Below are positions 18,822-33,900 of a stretch of 64,000 bases of DNA, in pieces. The notes beneath the pieces were generated by a model. It saw nothing but the letters and a program-made list of their open reading frames with translations, did no database searches and was not told the origin of the DNA. The stretch's first letter is position 1; each line of letters starts with the position of its first letter. The stretch is from the sequence record MK327931.1; one strand, given 5' to 3'. The stretch is from Escherichia phage vB_EcoM_G17. A program made the position numbers and the translations under genes.

Positions 18822-19283
18822 TTATTCTAAACGTGCATCCTCAATACCAGCGGCACGTAGTCTCACAATATTGTTTAACTGAAAAGCTTTCATCTCTAAG
18901 GATTTAACAATACTTGAATATGTATTTCTTATATAAGATACCTCGTTTATAAGTTCTGCTAACTCACAAACATCTTTATCACCTTCAACATACTTTTTAC
19001 AGTCAGATGAAGATAGTGCACGGCGGTATCCTTCGAGAAAGTATTTGAACTTCTCGGCTTGTACCTGACGCATTTCAATTTCTAACATTTCCAATACTGC
19101 TTCAAGTTCTTGAAGCTGGCTTAGACGCGTCTCATGCCAGCCAGGAATCTCTTGAGCAATTTTTTCAATGATGCCAATCTTCTTTACTTCACGACGAGCT
19201 TCTTCAACTTCGTTGTTAAAGAACTCAATCATTTCAATAATTTTAGATTTATCATCTTTGATAATCCAATGCCAAGGTTTCAT
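18822..19283 (-). CDS. Hypothetical helical protein, possible UvsY-like recombination mediator
   Basis: 153 aa, immediately downstream of uvsX; helical, contains DKDV; size similar to T4 UvsY (137 aa). Assignment is context plus weak resemblance. Confidence 0.3.
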   Translation of the reverse strand: MKPWHWIIKDDKSKIIEMIEFFNNEVEEARREVKKIGIIEKIAQEIPGWHETRLSQLQELEAVLEMLEIEMRQVQAEKFKYFLEGYRRALSSSDCKKYVEGDKDVCELAELINEVSYIRNTYSSIVKSLEMKAFQLNNIVRLRAAGIEDARLE

Positions 19284-20401
19284 TATTCCTCACTAATATC
19301 CACATCAGTACCAAAAGTTTCATCACCTTTTTCTTCTTCTTTAACTTCTTCAATCAAAGGATGATTTTTAAATTGATGCATTACCAAATCAAGACATGAA
19401 TCTTCATTACGCATCCACTCTTTGCGATATTTTAGAATCTGTTCGCCAGTTACAATATCAACATACAATAGACGGTTACCTGATTTAGTGATTAGACCGT
19501 ATTTTTCAAACATATCTAGTAGACCACTACGTGGGTCCATACCTTTATCCCAAGGAATTTTAATTTCTACATCTTCGAACGGCTTGTTGTAACGAGTCTT
19601 CATGACTTTACATTTAGCACGAATACCATTTACTTCGGAAGTTTTATTTCCGTCTTCATCTTCTTTAAGTTTTAATTTACCCATTGCGATAACCATAGAT
19701 GAAGCATAAATCAAGCCACTACCACCTGAAACTTTAGGATCTGGGTTAAACATGTCCTGAGATTCATAACTGTGGTTAACGCAAACCATACCAATGTTCA
19801 ATGAACCAATAGAGTTTACACAGTTTGTGATATATGCTTTAAGCTGTTTGGGTTTATGACCCATGTCACCTTTAAGGTTACCCGCTTTCATTTGATCATT
19901 GGCTACTTCAGTGTTTAGCATACCAATTGAATCAATAATAAACAATACTTTTTGACGTTCATCTTTAGGTGTATTTTCGTATTCTTTACGATATCCTTCA
20001 ATGAACTCATAGGTGAATTTTGCAACGTCACCAATCATACCCATATTGACTTTCAAAAGTTTTTCTTCAGAAGTGTCAACACCAAGTGCTTGAAGCCAAT
20101 CTGAATCCAATGCGTTCTCTGAGTCAATCATAACAACAAAGATGCCTTGTTTTTGAGCTTCACGTGCAATATTACCAGATACGATAAAAGATTTACCACT
20201 ACCTGATTCACCAGCAAACATCGTTACTTTGCCTAGTGGGATACCACGGTCAAAATAGCCACTGATGCGATAATTTAGTGCATAGTTACCAGTACTAACC
20301 CATGTATCTGGATCATGAAAACCAACACTAACACCAGTATTCTTTTTAACACTACCAGTACTGTTTTTAAGAATGTTCGCAAAACCACTTGTCATTTTCA
20401 T
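19283..20401 (-). CDS. uvsX: RecA-like recombinase UvsX
   Basis: 372 aa. Walker A FAGESGSGKS and RecA-core layout; ATG with AAGGAG SD; acidic C-terminus. Confidence 0.85.
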   Translation of the reverse strand: MKMTSGFANILKNSTGSVKKNTGVSVGFHDPDTWVSTGNYALNYRISGYFDRGIPLGKVTMFAGESGSGKSFIVSGNIAREAQKQGIFVVMIDSENALDSDWLQALGVDTSEEKLLKVNMGMIGDVAKFTYEFIEGYRKEYENTPKDERQKVLFIIDSIGMLNTEVANDQMKAGNLKGDMGHKPKQLKAYITNCVNSIGSLNIGMVCVNHSYESQDMFNPDPKVSGGSGLIYASSMVIAMGKLKLKEDEDGNKTSEVNGIRAKCKVMKTRYNKPFEDVEIKIPWDKGMDPRSGLLDMFEKYGLITKSGNRLLYVDIVTGEQILKYRKEWMRNEDSCLDLVMHQFKNHPLIEEVKEEEKGDETFGTDVDISEE

Positions 20402-20423
20402 AATTCGCTCCTTGAATTTTATG

Positions 20424-20452
20424 AAATAAAACGGGGCAAACTCCGTTGCCCC
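20424..20452 (-). terminator. Rho-independent terminator after gp32
   Basis: ggggcaa-actccg-ttgcccc stem followed on the minus strand by GUUUUAUUUC. Confidence 0.55.
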
Positions 20453-20470
20453 TTAACTTTTCAAAAACTA

Positions 20471-21523
20471 TTACTTACCTTGTTGTTTCAAACGAGCAAC
20501 TAGTGCAGATGCAGATAGTTGTTCTTTTGGTGCTTCAGGAGTGGTTGCTGCTGGGGTAGCGACTGGAGTTACTGGAGCAGCTTGTGGGGCTGGTGTAACT
20601 GGAGCAGTAGGTGCTACTGGTGCAGGTGCTGACTCTTGTTGTACTGGAGCAGGAGTTGGTTTTGATTCAGTAACAGTTCCAGAGTTAGGTTTTGGTACAC
20701 CTGCTGGACGATATGCAAATGCCCAACGTGCTGGATCATATGCTTCACCATTTACTGATGCTTCGAACATTTCTTCAATTGCTTTCAACTCTTCTGGAGT
20801 TGGTTGTTTTGGCATAAAATCATTTAGATTGTATAGGCCATATTTTTCAATTGCTGCTAGTTCTTCTTCGTTTAGTGGACGCTCAGACATGGAGAATTGA
20901 GACATGTCGTAGCTATTATAACCACCACCATTCTTAGTTTTAACAATACCAAAATCACGACCTTGAACGTAGTGAGTTGGAGACTCTTTGATGCCTGGGT
21001 TTAGCAGGATGGATTTAACTTTATCAAAGATATCTTTGTTAGCCAGAATACGACGAATTGGATTTTCTGGTGCAATGTCGTCTTTTACTGCAACGCTATC
21101 AGGAGCAATAAAACATTGCATTAGATAGGTTTTCTTCTTCCAGTAACGACCAGCCATTGCTTTTAGTTCTTCGTTCCCTGTTTCATTCGCACTTTGGAAC
21201 CATTGACGTACTTCTTTCAGAACCGGACAGGATTTAGGAACCCACATTTCGTTACAAGGTACTTGAACGGTAACTTTATCAGTGTGCATACCGACTACAC
21301 CATTGAAAGTTAGGTTAATCATGTCACGTTCACGCCAGAAGAATGGGTTAGACTCATCTGCATCTGGTAGAAAACGTAGGTTTAGTGGTTCGTTATAAGG
21401 TACGTTCCAGAAAGCTAAGAACGAATCAGCTTTACGCTCGCCAGTAAATGTACCATTCTTTTGAGCTTCTGCTTTTTCTTGTTCTGCTTTTAGGTGTGCA
21501 CGAATTTCAGCTAGAGATTTCAT
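20471..21523 (-). CDS. gp32: Single-stranded DNA-binding protein (T4 gp32-like) with Pro/Ala-rich C-terminal tail
   Basis: 350 aa. ...LNLRFLPDADESNPFFW..., ...YLMQCFIAPDSVAVKDDIAPENPIRRIL... parallel gp32 core motifs as recalled; ATG with AAGGAAG SD. Confidence 0.7.
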   Translation of the reverse strand: MKSLAEIRAHLKAEQEKAEAQKNGTFTGERKADSFLAFWNVPYNEPLNLRFLPDADESNPFFWRERDMINLTFNGVVGMHTDKVTVQVPCNEMWVPKSCPVLKEVRQWFQSANETGNEELKAMAGRYWKKKTYLMQCFIAPDSVAVKDDIAPENPIRRILANKDIFDKVKSILLNPGIKESPTHYVQGRDFGIVKTKNGGGYNSYDMSQFSMSERPLNEEELAAIEKYGLYNLNDFMPKQPTPEELKAIEEMFEASVNGEAYDPARWAFAYRPAGVPKPNSGTVTESKPTPAPVQQESAPAPVAPTAPVTPAPQAAPVTPVATPAATTPEAPKEQLSASALVARLKQQGK

Positions 21524-21650
21524 ATATATCTTCCTTGATTTTGGGTTTCTTTGTTATTTGTTAATTGGCTTCAATGTTTCAGAAACTTCATTGTTCCTTC
21601 AACGTTTTACATTATAGCACAGGTTTTTATACTGTCCCATATTTTTTTAA

Positions 21651-26908
<5,258 letters not shown>

Positions 26909-26953
26909 TCATTGATAATTATAGCACATCTTGAATCACTTTCCCAGATTTGA

Positions 26954-26968
26954 TAAATAATATCATAG
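26954..26968 (+). promoter_or_regulatory. Extended late-promoter-like element ATAAATAATATCATA
   Basis: Same 14-15-nt core as the elements upstream of the capsid and acidic core genes (reverse complement at 39637-39652 and 42402-42417). Confidence 0.45.
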
Positions 26969-27016
26969 AAATTCATTAAATATCTCAGTAAATTTAAATG
27001 CTAGTGATATTTTTTG

Positions 27017-27024
27017 ATAAATAA
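27017..27024 (+). promoter_or_regulatory. Late-promoter-like GATAAATA element
   Basis: Lies 46 nt upstream of the ATG at 27070; 7 of 8 match to TATAAATA. Confidence 0.35.
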
Positions 27025-27069
27025 CTTTAAGCAGGATATACCTGCACAAAATTTGACAAGGAGATTTTC

Positions 27070-27669
27070 ATGAGTCTTAATTCTTTTAACCGTAACTATG
27101 GTATGTCTAGCGTTGCTCGCGAATGGTGGGGTGGTAATAACGGTTTCGTTACCATCGTAATCGATCTACCAACTGATGTTGAACTAGGTACTACCAAAGT
27201 TACTTCTGACGGTTCTGATGTTCAAGCTGAAGCGTATCAAACTGCTCTAAGTAATGCTCAATATAACCTATTCATGGTTACCCAACTACTACAACAACGT
27301 GCAGTTCTAGTTACTACCTCTCTACTAGCTCTTGATTCAGAAGTTGTTATTCCTGCTGATTTCAAAAATGCTAATCCAAACGTAGTTGCATTCGGTACTA
27401 GTGGTGCTGATGTAGCAGGTGGTGCTAATTCTGTTGCATTGACTTTCATCTGTGAACGTCAAGACGTATTTAACAAGCAAGAAGTTCGTCCTGGTTCAGC
27501 ATGTCCTGCTCCAGTTGATCCAACTGTTGACCTAGCTAAGTCTATCGCTCAAGCTAAAGTTTTCCGTACCAAAACTTTCGTAAGTCAAGGTACTGATGGT
27601 GTTGGTGATGCAGGTGCATCTACTGCTGTAGCAATTAAAGTACGTGCTGCTCTTCCTGTTCAACTATAA
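27070..27669 (+). CDS. Abundantly expressed protein, paralog A (199 aa), unknown function
   Basis: AAGGAG SD 7 nt upstream; strong capsid-like codon bias (Leu CTA, Arg CGT, Gly GGT); paralogous to the next gene. Confidence 0.7.
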   Translation: MSLNSFNRNYGMSSVAREWWGGNNGFVTIVIDLPTDVELGTTKVTSDGSDVQAEAYQTALSNAQYNLFMVTQLLQQRAVLVTTSLLALDSEVVIPADFKNANPNVVAFGTSGADVAGGANSVALTFICERQDVFNKQEVRPGSACPAPVDPTVDLAKSIAQAKVFRTKTFVSQGTDGVGDAGASTAVAIKVRAALPVQL

Positions 27670-27683
27670 TAGGAGGATAGATT

Positions 27684-28373
27684 ATGTCATATACTAATAC
27701 TTCTTTTGAACGTATCAATGGTTATTCCTTTGAACGTATTCTAGGTTACTTTTGTGGCACTAACGCCCTAGCATCCATTGCTATCAGTAAGCTAGGAAAC
27801 GTAAACGTTCTAGTTACTGGTGCAGTTTCTTCTTATGCTGGTCTACAACGTTTTCTAAACACTGATATTCCAGAAGAAATTCTAGCATATCTAAATGATA
27901 AAGGTATCAAACGTATTGATGGAACTGCATTTGTTCTTGGCACACTAGAAGCTGATTACAATGCATCTTATGCAGCACAAACTAACGTTAAACGTATTGT
28001 CGATGTTGTTCAACAACGTGCGGTTATCATCGCTACCTCTAACATCGCAGGTAATGGTCTTGAAGTATTTCCAGTTACTGGTTTCACCAACGCACCTGAT
28101 GGTGTATTGAGTGCAGGTTCAGTTAGTATTGCTGATGCTTCCGTTGTAACCTTCCTAGTTGAACGTGCTGGTGTCTTTAACAAAGATCTTAAATCACCAC
28201 AAGGTGTACCAAGTACTGAATCCGAAGAAGGCCGTCTACTAATTGATGATCTAACTGGTGTTCCGCTACTTGCTAAAGATGGTGTTACTGAAGTTTATCT
28301 ACGTTCCCAGTCTGCTGATGCAGCAGGGGATTTCGGTGTTAAACTTTTCCAATACATCCCAGCATTGGTTTAA
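27684..28373 (+). CDS. Abundantly expressed protein, paralog B (229 aa), unknown function
   Basis: AGGAGG SD; shares VQQRAVIIATS / ERAGVFNK with paralog A (QQRAVLVTTS / ERQDVFNK); same codon bias; followed by a terminator. Confidence 0.7.
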   Translation: MSYTNTSFERINGYSFERILGYFCGTNALASIAISKLGNVNVLVTGAVSSYAGLQRFLNTDIPEEILAYLNDKGIKRIDGTAFVLGTLEADYNASYAAQTNVKRIVDVVQQRAVIIATSNIAGNGLEVFPVTGFTNAPDGVLSAGSVSIADASVVTFLVERAGVFNKDLKSPQGVPSTESEEGRLLIDDLTGVPLLAKDGVTEVYLRSQSADAAGDFGVKLFQYIPALV

Positions 28374-28384
28374 TATTTTACAAA

Positions 28385-28420
28385 AGAAAAGGAGAGCAAA
28401 TGCTCTCCTTTTTTTATTTT
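28385..28420. terminator. Bidirectional rho-independent terminator
   Basis: ggagagc-aaat-gctctcc stem flanked by an A-run and a T-run, between convergent genes. Confidence 0.7.
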
Positions 28421-29145
28421 TATCTATATGAACGAAATCCTTCAGGTAAACCAGGTAGCTTGTCTAATCCTTCGTTCGCACTCACTAGCTTTGTGTCGTA
28501 ATCATCACTGAAATCATCCGTAGCAAGTTTACGCCCCAAGTCTCTAACAAAGTTATCTATGATTTCTTCTTCATCATTACCTGGATGACCTTCGGCTTTC
28601 AACTTTTTCCAGAAATATTCGTTATAGTCAAAAACAAACTCAACTTCATTTGTTTCAGGATCAAGAACCACATCCAAATCAATCCAAGGCTCTTTTCGAA
28701 GTGTATATATCTCCTTTGAATATTCACTTTGAGTGATTTCTTCATAACGATATGCAAATTCTATAGCCTTAAGCCTTTTTTCATCACCGTCTGGCATTAA
28801 CTCAATGATTTCCATATCATATTCTTTTTCAGTAATAGAACCAGTACTTAGTTTTGCATCAAGAACTTTAACATTATACTGTTCACGAGTAATTTTAGAA
28901 TATTTTAGTTCAACATCAAGTACAGTAATTAGATATTCCAAATCTCCAATTACGCTATATTTCTTTTTAATATCCAATTGGGCCAGTTCAACTTCATATG
29001 GAGTTAGATATGTCAATTCAGCAACTTTCATATCAGCTTCATAATCATCATTGTAGTAGTATGCTTTAGCTATCTCTTTTGCCTTTCCAGAAAGTCCCCA
29101 GTGAGCAGGGACCATCCAAAATGGAATAAATTTCTTTTTAGCCAT
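28420..29145 (-). CDS. Hypothetical protein (about 241 aa)
   Basis: ORF; probable start MAKKKFIPFW; overlaps the 3' end of the gp31-like gene by a few nucleotides. Confidence 0.5.
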   Translation of the reverse strand: MAKKKFIPFWMVPAHWGLSGKAKEIAKAYYYNDDYEADMKVAELTYLTPYEVELAQLDIKKKYSVIGDLEYLITVLDVELKYSKITREQYNVKVLDAKLSTGSITEKEYDMEIIELMPDGDEKRLKAIEFAYRYEEITQSEYSKEIYTLRKEPWIDLDVVLDPETNEVEFVFDYNEYFWKKLKAEGHPGNDEEEIIDNFVRDLGRKLATDDFSDDYDTKLVSANEGLDKLPGLPEGFRSYR

Positions 29146-29437
29146 TTTTCTTACCAAAAATCTCTTCGATTTTCATTACATAATATGTATCTTCACCACC
29201 ACCAAGATCTTCAGTCAGAGGTGTGTTCAAAGATGAACGACCAAACACAACCATATCACCTTCTTTAATATTATGTTCTGCAAGTTGTCCGTTCGGAAGA
29301 ATTTTACCTGGACCAACGGAAATTACCATCCCAATACATGGTGGTTCAACATTACCTAGAATAATACCACCAGTACTTTTATTCTGTGCTTCAATTTGTC
29401 GAACAAGAACGTAATCATTAATCATTTTAATTTTCAT
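29138..29437 (-). CDS. GroES-like co-chaperonin (T4 gp31-like)
   Basis: Start placed at MKIKMINDYVLVRQ; ...STGGIILG...VISVGPGK...EGDMVVFG... matches the GroES/gp31 pattern. Confidence 0.5.
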   Translation of the reverse strand: MKIKMINDYVLVRQIEAQNKSTGGIILGNVEPPCIGMVISVGPGKILPNGQLAEHNIKEGDMVVFGRSSLNTPLTEDLGGGEDTYYVMKIEEIFGKKNG

Positions 29438-29438
29438 A

Positions 29439-29645
29439 TTAGTAACCTCCAGTATTTGCAAACCATTTTCCACGGAAATAAAGATTAGCACCCTTATCAC
29501 CTGGAGTGAACACTTCCAACTTCATAGTTTTTTCACCATTACATTTAGGACAATCATGAGGTTCATCACGATTTGCAATTTTAACAATTTTTTCCATGCT
29601 ATGTTTGCATTCTTCTTTTTCACAACGATATGTATATAATGGCAT
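29439..29645 (-). CDS. Small zinc-ribbon protein (FmdB-like)
   Basis: 68 aa: MPLYTYRCEKEEC...HDCPKCNG..., a CxxC...CxxC zinc ribbon. Confidence 0.45.
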   Translation of the reverse strand: MPLYTYRCEKEECKHSMEKIVKIANRDEPHDCPKCNGEKTMKLEVFTPGDKGANLYFRGKWFANTGGY

Positions 29646-29680
29646 TTTGTATTCCTTTACTTTTTAAATCAAACTAATTT

Positions 29681-29699
29681 GGGGAACATAGTGTTCCCC
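29681..29699 (-). terminator. Stem-loop (possible attenuator)
   Basis: ggggaac-atagt-gttcccc, 7-bp stem; weak U-tract. Confidence 0.3.
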
Positions 29700-29709
29700 G
29701 TTATTTATA

Positions 29710-30441
29710 TTAGCAGCCTGTTACGTAAAATTTGTATACTGCAATTCCAGTATCTAGTGTTACATTTAGCATACCAGTTTTAGTAATACCAAGTGATACT
29801 GATTCGGCATTAGATACGCGAGATAATGCTTGAAGTACGCGATCAATATTATAACCAAAACCAAGACCTAATTCACCTTCAGTTTTAGAAAAAGCTAGAG
29901 AACCAACGTGGTTACTTTTGTTTTTCTCACCAACGTGAAAGTATAGGGTGTCGCCTTCAGTATACGGAGTTACAAGAGAACTAAAAGATTTAAATACACC
30001 AGAAAAACTCTTTAGTTCCTGAACTTTTGCTGCACTAGGAATAACCTGTACGTCATATGGTTGTTCATGAAAACGTGGTTGAACTGGAATAAGTTTTTCA
30101 GCTTGTACCATAAATGTAGTGCTTGCATCTTCAGATTTAAATGCCAGACTTTTAACTGAACCATCTTTAACATTTGATGTGATTGTGGTTCCTTCGGTAC
30201 TGTATGTTTTTAGAGACATTAGACCCTGAAGAAGACCTAGATTACCTAAGCCAAAACGACCCTGAACTTCAGGAACATCTTCTTTAGTATATGCTCGCAT
30301 TACAAGAGTTCGGTCATCTGTGTACGCTTCTAGATATACACGTTGTCCTTCACCACGGTCTTCACTGCTTACTGCAATACAAGAGAAGTCAATACCACTG
30401 GTTGTGTTTACGAGGTCACGTAGTACGTTGCGTAGATCCAT
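29710..30441 (-). CDS. Hypothetical protein (243 aa); possible sliding clamp by size and context
   Basis: Acidic 243-aa protein near the DNA polymerase gene; no sequence match to gp45 was confirmed. Confidence 0.3.
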   Translation of the reverse strand: MDLRNVLRDLVNTTSGIDFSCIAVSSEDRGEGQRVYLEAYTDDRTLVMRAYTKEDVPEVQGRFGLGNLGLLQGLMSLKTYSTEGTTITSNVKDGSVKSLAFKSEDASTTFMVQAEKLIPVQPRFHEQPYDVQVIPSAAKVQELKSFSGVFKSFSSLVTPYTEGDTLYFHVGEKNKSNHVGSLAFSKTEGELGLGFGYNIDRVLQALSRVSNAESVSLGITKTGMLNVTLDTGIAVYKFYVTGC

Positions 30442-30542
30442 TATATAATTCTCCGTTTTATTTGTTAATCAAAAAATGTTTTTATGTAAGATTACTACAA
30501 GCACCATTATATCTCAAAAATGATGCTTGTCTCAATTTTTTA

Positions 30543-30839
30543 TCAGTATTTTGTATTCCAACGTTGAAGATAAGGCTTATCAATTGTAGAACTCATGCCA
30601 ATTTTATCGCGTAATTTTTTCAAGTCTTTTAATGTATGTACATCATCGACAAAAACAACTTTACGCTTTTTCACAAGAGTGTAAACATCAGCAATCTCTC
30701 CGTCAACTTCCACTGAACCAGTGCGAGTAAAACCCGCACCAATTAGAACTACTTCTTCATCATTATCATATGCTAGTACAGAATTAATGATACCATTACC
30801 TTCTAATACTTCACCAATACGCTTATATATATTACTCAT
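30543..30839 (-). CDS. Hypothetical protein (98 aa)
   Basis: ATG start overlaps the stop of the small upstream ORF (ATGAGTAA). Confidence 0.45.
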   Translation of the reverse strand: MSNIYKRIGEVLEGNGIINSVLAYDNDEEVVLIGAGFTRTGSVEVDGEIADVYTLVKKRKVVFVDDVHTLKDLKKLRDKIGMSSTIDKPYLQRWNTKY

Positions 30840-30981
30840 TATTTTTACCTTGTAATGAAGTCCATTCTACATATTTTTCCCATGCCTCATTTACACTTTC
30901 TTCAGTAAGATTCAACATCTCATTAGTGAAAGTATCGTTTACTTCATCATAGTTTAGTTCAATTTCATTTACAATAACCAT
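30832..30981 (-). CDS. Small hypothetical protein (49 aa), translationally coupled
   Basis: Manual translation MVIVNEIELNYDEVNDTFTNEMLNLTEESVNEAWEKYVEWTSLQGKNNE; AGGAGT SD overlapping the polymerase stop; below the ORF-track length cutoff. Confidence 0.35.
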   Translation of the reverse strand: MVIVNEIELNYDEVNDTFTNEMLNLTEESVNEAWEKYVEWTSLQGKNNE

Positions 30982-30992
30982 ATTATTACTCC

Positions 30993-33900
30993 TTACCAAG
31001 TGAAGAATCCATTGTTTACTGACGCAGTACTTTTTTCATGAATACCAATATCCATATCCAAAATACCAAAAATATTCTCTAATTTTTTAGTTAGAACAAT
31101 CTCTTCCATTTTTTCAGTATCAAATGGTAGTTCCAAGAACCATTCTGGTAGATACTCAACACAGTCAATTGGATATCCAACAGCTTTAATTCCCATAGGA
31201 TTATCTTTTAAGTTACAGACAATTACTTTTGTTCCATCTGTTACTTCTGGAACAGATTTATCATCATAAACTTCACGTAGACGGTTCCATTGGATACCAG
31301 CAAGAACGTGACCAACTTTACACTTACCAGTTAGCTGATATTCAGCCTCTAAATTAGTGTAGTTTTTTACAGTTTTTGGTGAACCTTTTTCATGTACAGG
31401 CATATCCTTAAATACGTCCTTAAACTCACGTACACGCTGTTTTAGCTGCTGTTCACTCTCACCTACCAGTAATGCGATTAGAGTCTCTTCTAGGAAGTTC
31501 TGGATGTATTTTGGCGTGTCTGAGCGTTTAATTTCAAGACCCATCGCTTTGATTTCACCTGGTTTACCATCAATATCTTTACGGAACCCATCTTCCCAGT
31601 ACTTCAGAATTGCATAACGTTTTTTCTTCAAGAATAGGCCACGTGAACCAACCATCTCAAGGTCTGCACCAACAATCTTACCTTTTTCAATACCAGTGTT
31701 GAACATCTCATGCATAAATGATGGGAAAGATTCACCAACTTCTTCACCAATTTTAATATACATATCAACAATCTCTTCTTTAGATAGATTATATGGAATA
31801 CCTTGTTCTTTCAGATAATGCGTTACACTAAAGTAAACTGAGTCAGTATCACCATAAATTACTGAACCACCTTGGTGATTATATACACCAGTAGTAATCT
31901 CATTGATACGACTTGCCATATGTTTGGTCATAGAACGTCCAGTTAATGTTACGGATTGACCTAAACGTTTGTCAAAGAAACGAGAACCTTTGTTCAATAG
32001 TGCACCATATAGACTGTTTAGAAGAATCTTACGAATCTGTTGGTTCTGTTTCCAGAAAGCACTACGTTGTTTGAAGTAATCTTTTTCTTCTTTAGGACAG
32101 AAAATACGACCATCTTTTAGTACTAAACCATTTTCTACAATCAACTTAGCAACTTCATCCCATTGTCCTTTACCAATTTCTTTACGAAGTAAGTATACAG
32201 GATCATTATCATGAATATTAGTTCTAAACATTGTACCAGGGGTATAGTTTGATAGTAGTGGTTCGACTTTTTCATAGCCATTAAACTCCCAACCATCAGT
32301 ATACATATGTTTATAGTCAATGACCATTTTTTGCTGTGCTTTACGTTCAGAATACCATTGAGTTAGAATGTCAGGAATTACACCAGACTTAGACTTATCA
32401 AAAAGTGTTCCGTTTGCACTAAGTACAATAGTACTATCTTCTGCAAAAATAATATCATATAGCTCTTTGCCCGTTGCTTTAAAAGAACTCCCATCTTCTA
32501 AATCAACAATCAATGTTTCTTCTGACTTTTCATGAACCATTGTAAATTCAACAGCAGCAAATAAACCATGCCATGCCGCAGTCCAATCTGGTTCAAATGA
32601 TTTAGATTTAGATTTGTTCTTCTGTTCTTGGATTTTAGCTGCAAGATACGCATCGGTGTAATCTTGACGTAATTGACCAAGAATACATTCAGTACTCATA
32701 CCCAAAGTACGTAGAACAGTAGGGTAAAGAGAGTTAAAGTCAGTACACCCAAGGTCACTTACAAGTCCTAGTACTGGATCTTGTACCCATGCACCTGCTG
32801 CTTTTGCACTAATTTTCTCATCTTCATCTTCACCATCTTCACCATAATATTCCATTTCTGGATCAAACTCAAGATCATCTTTAGGTGCTTTGTTAAAAAC
32901 AACTTCACCACGAGTATGTGCTAAGTTGATAATAGCAGTGTCGATTAGTGCTACTGAACCCATTGTTGTGCTGATAAGTACACATTCTTTGTGTGCAAGT
33001 CGATTGTGTAGGTTGATATAGTCACATTTAGCATCAATCTTTTTAAGAAGAATACTATCCTGTTTAGAATAACGCAAGAAAGTAATGTAATCCTCTCTGT
33101 AAAGTTTATCCAATGAACCTTCATATGATACTTTATTTTCTTTAGTTACTTTTTCAGCAATATAATCTAGTTTATAAGATTGTTCAACTTGACCAGCATG
33201 TTTCTTATACAAAGCCAAATAATCAAGATGGACGCGACCTACCAGATCATATGTTTGAACAGTTTTACCAAAGTTGTCTGCTTCACGTGAATTTGGTTTT
33301 TTATTCCATAAACACCAACGAGCAGTTGTTGCTTCATTGAAGATTTTTTTAGTTCGATTGATCATATATGGAATATCAAAGAATTCACTATTCCATCCTG
33401 AAATAACATCAGAATCATCAATTAAACTAAAGAATTCCATAAACATTTCCTTTTCGTCTGTATATAAAATTACAGTACTGTTAGGATCGTTTGTTTCTTC
33501 ATTTAGTTGGCGAACAATATCTTGTGCTTCATAAATTTCCATATCAGCAGGTGGTAAAGTAAGTACATAATCCTTTCCAGTCCACGATTGATATAGAGAA
33601 ATAGCGGTTACTCGGTTAAACGGGTCTGATGGTGGAGCATAACCAAATTTCTTATGGAAATCAGTCTCGATATCGAAGAACACGATGTTCAAATCGGGTG
33701 AACCTTTTCCCATATATTCTTTAGCTAATGTTTTAAATGTAATGTTACAATCACTTTCAAAAATACGTAGACCTTCACTTTTGTGTTGCTCTACACTTTT
33801 ATTCATTTGAGCTTGAGTTTGAAACTCAAAATGTTTAGCCATTGTACCATAAACAGTTTTATGTGTTCCTTGTGGGGATTCAACATAATATTCATATACT

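Noticed and set aside
20541-20900. 119-aa Gly/Ala/Thr-rich plus-strand ORF
   Set aside because: Antisense to the Pro/Ala-rich tail of the gp32-like gene; a low-complexity mirror frame.
29710-30441. Confident call of sliding clamp (gp45)
   Set aside because: Only size, acidity and proximity to the polymerase support it; I could not align it to T4 gp45 by eye and no clamp-loader genes are present in the window, so it is left as hypothetical.
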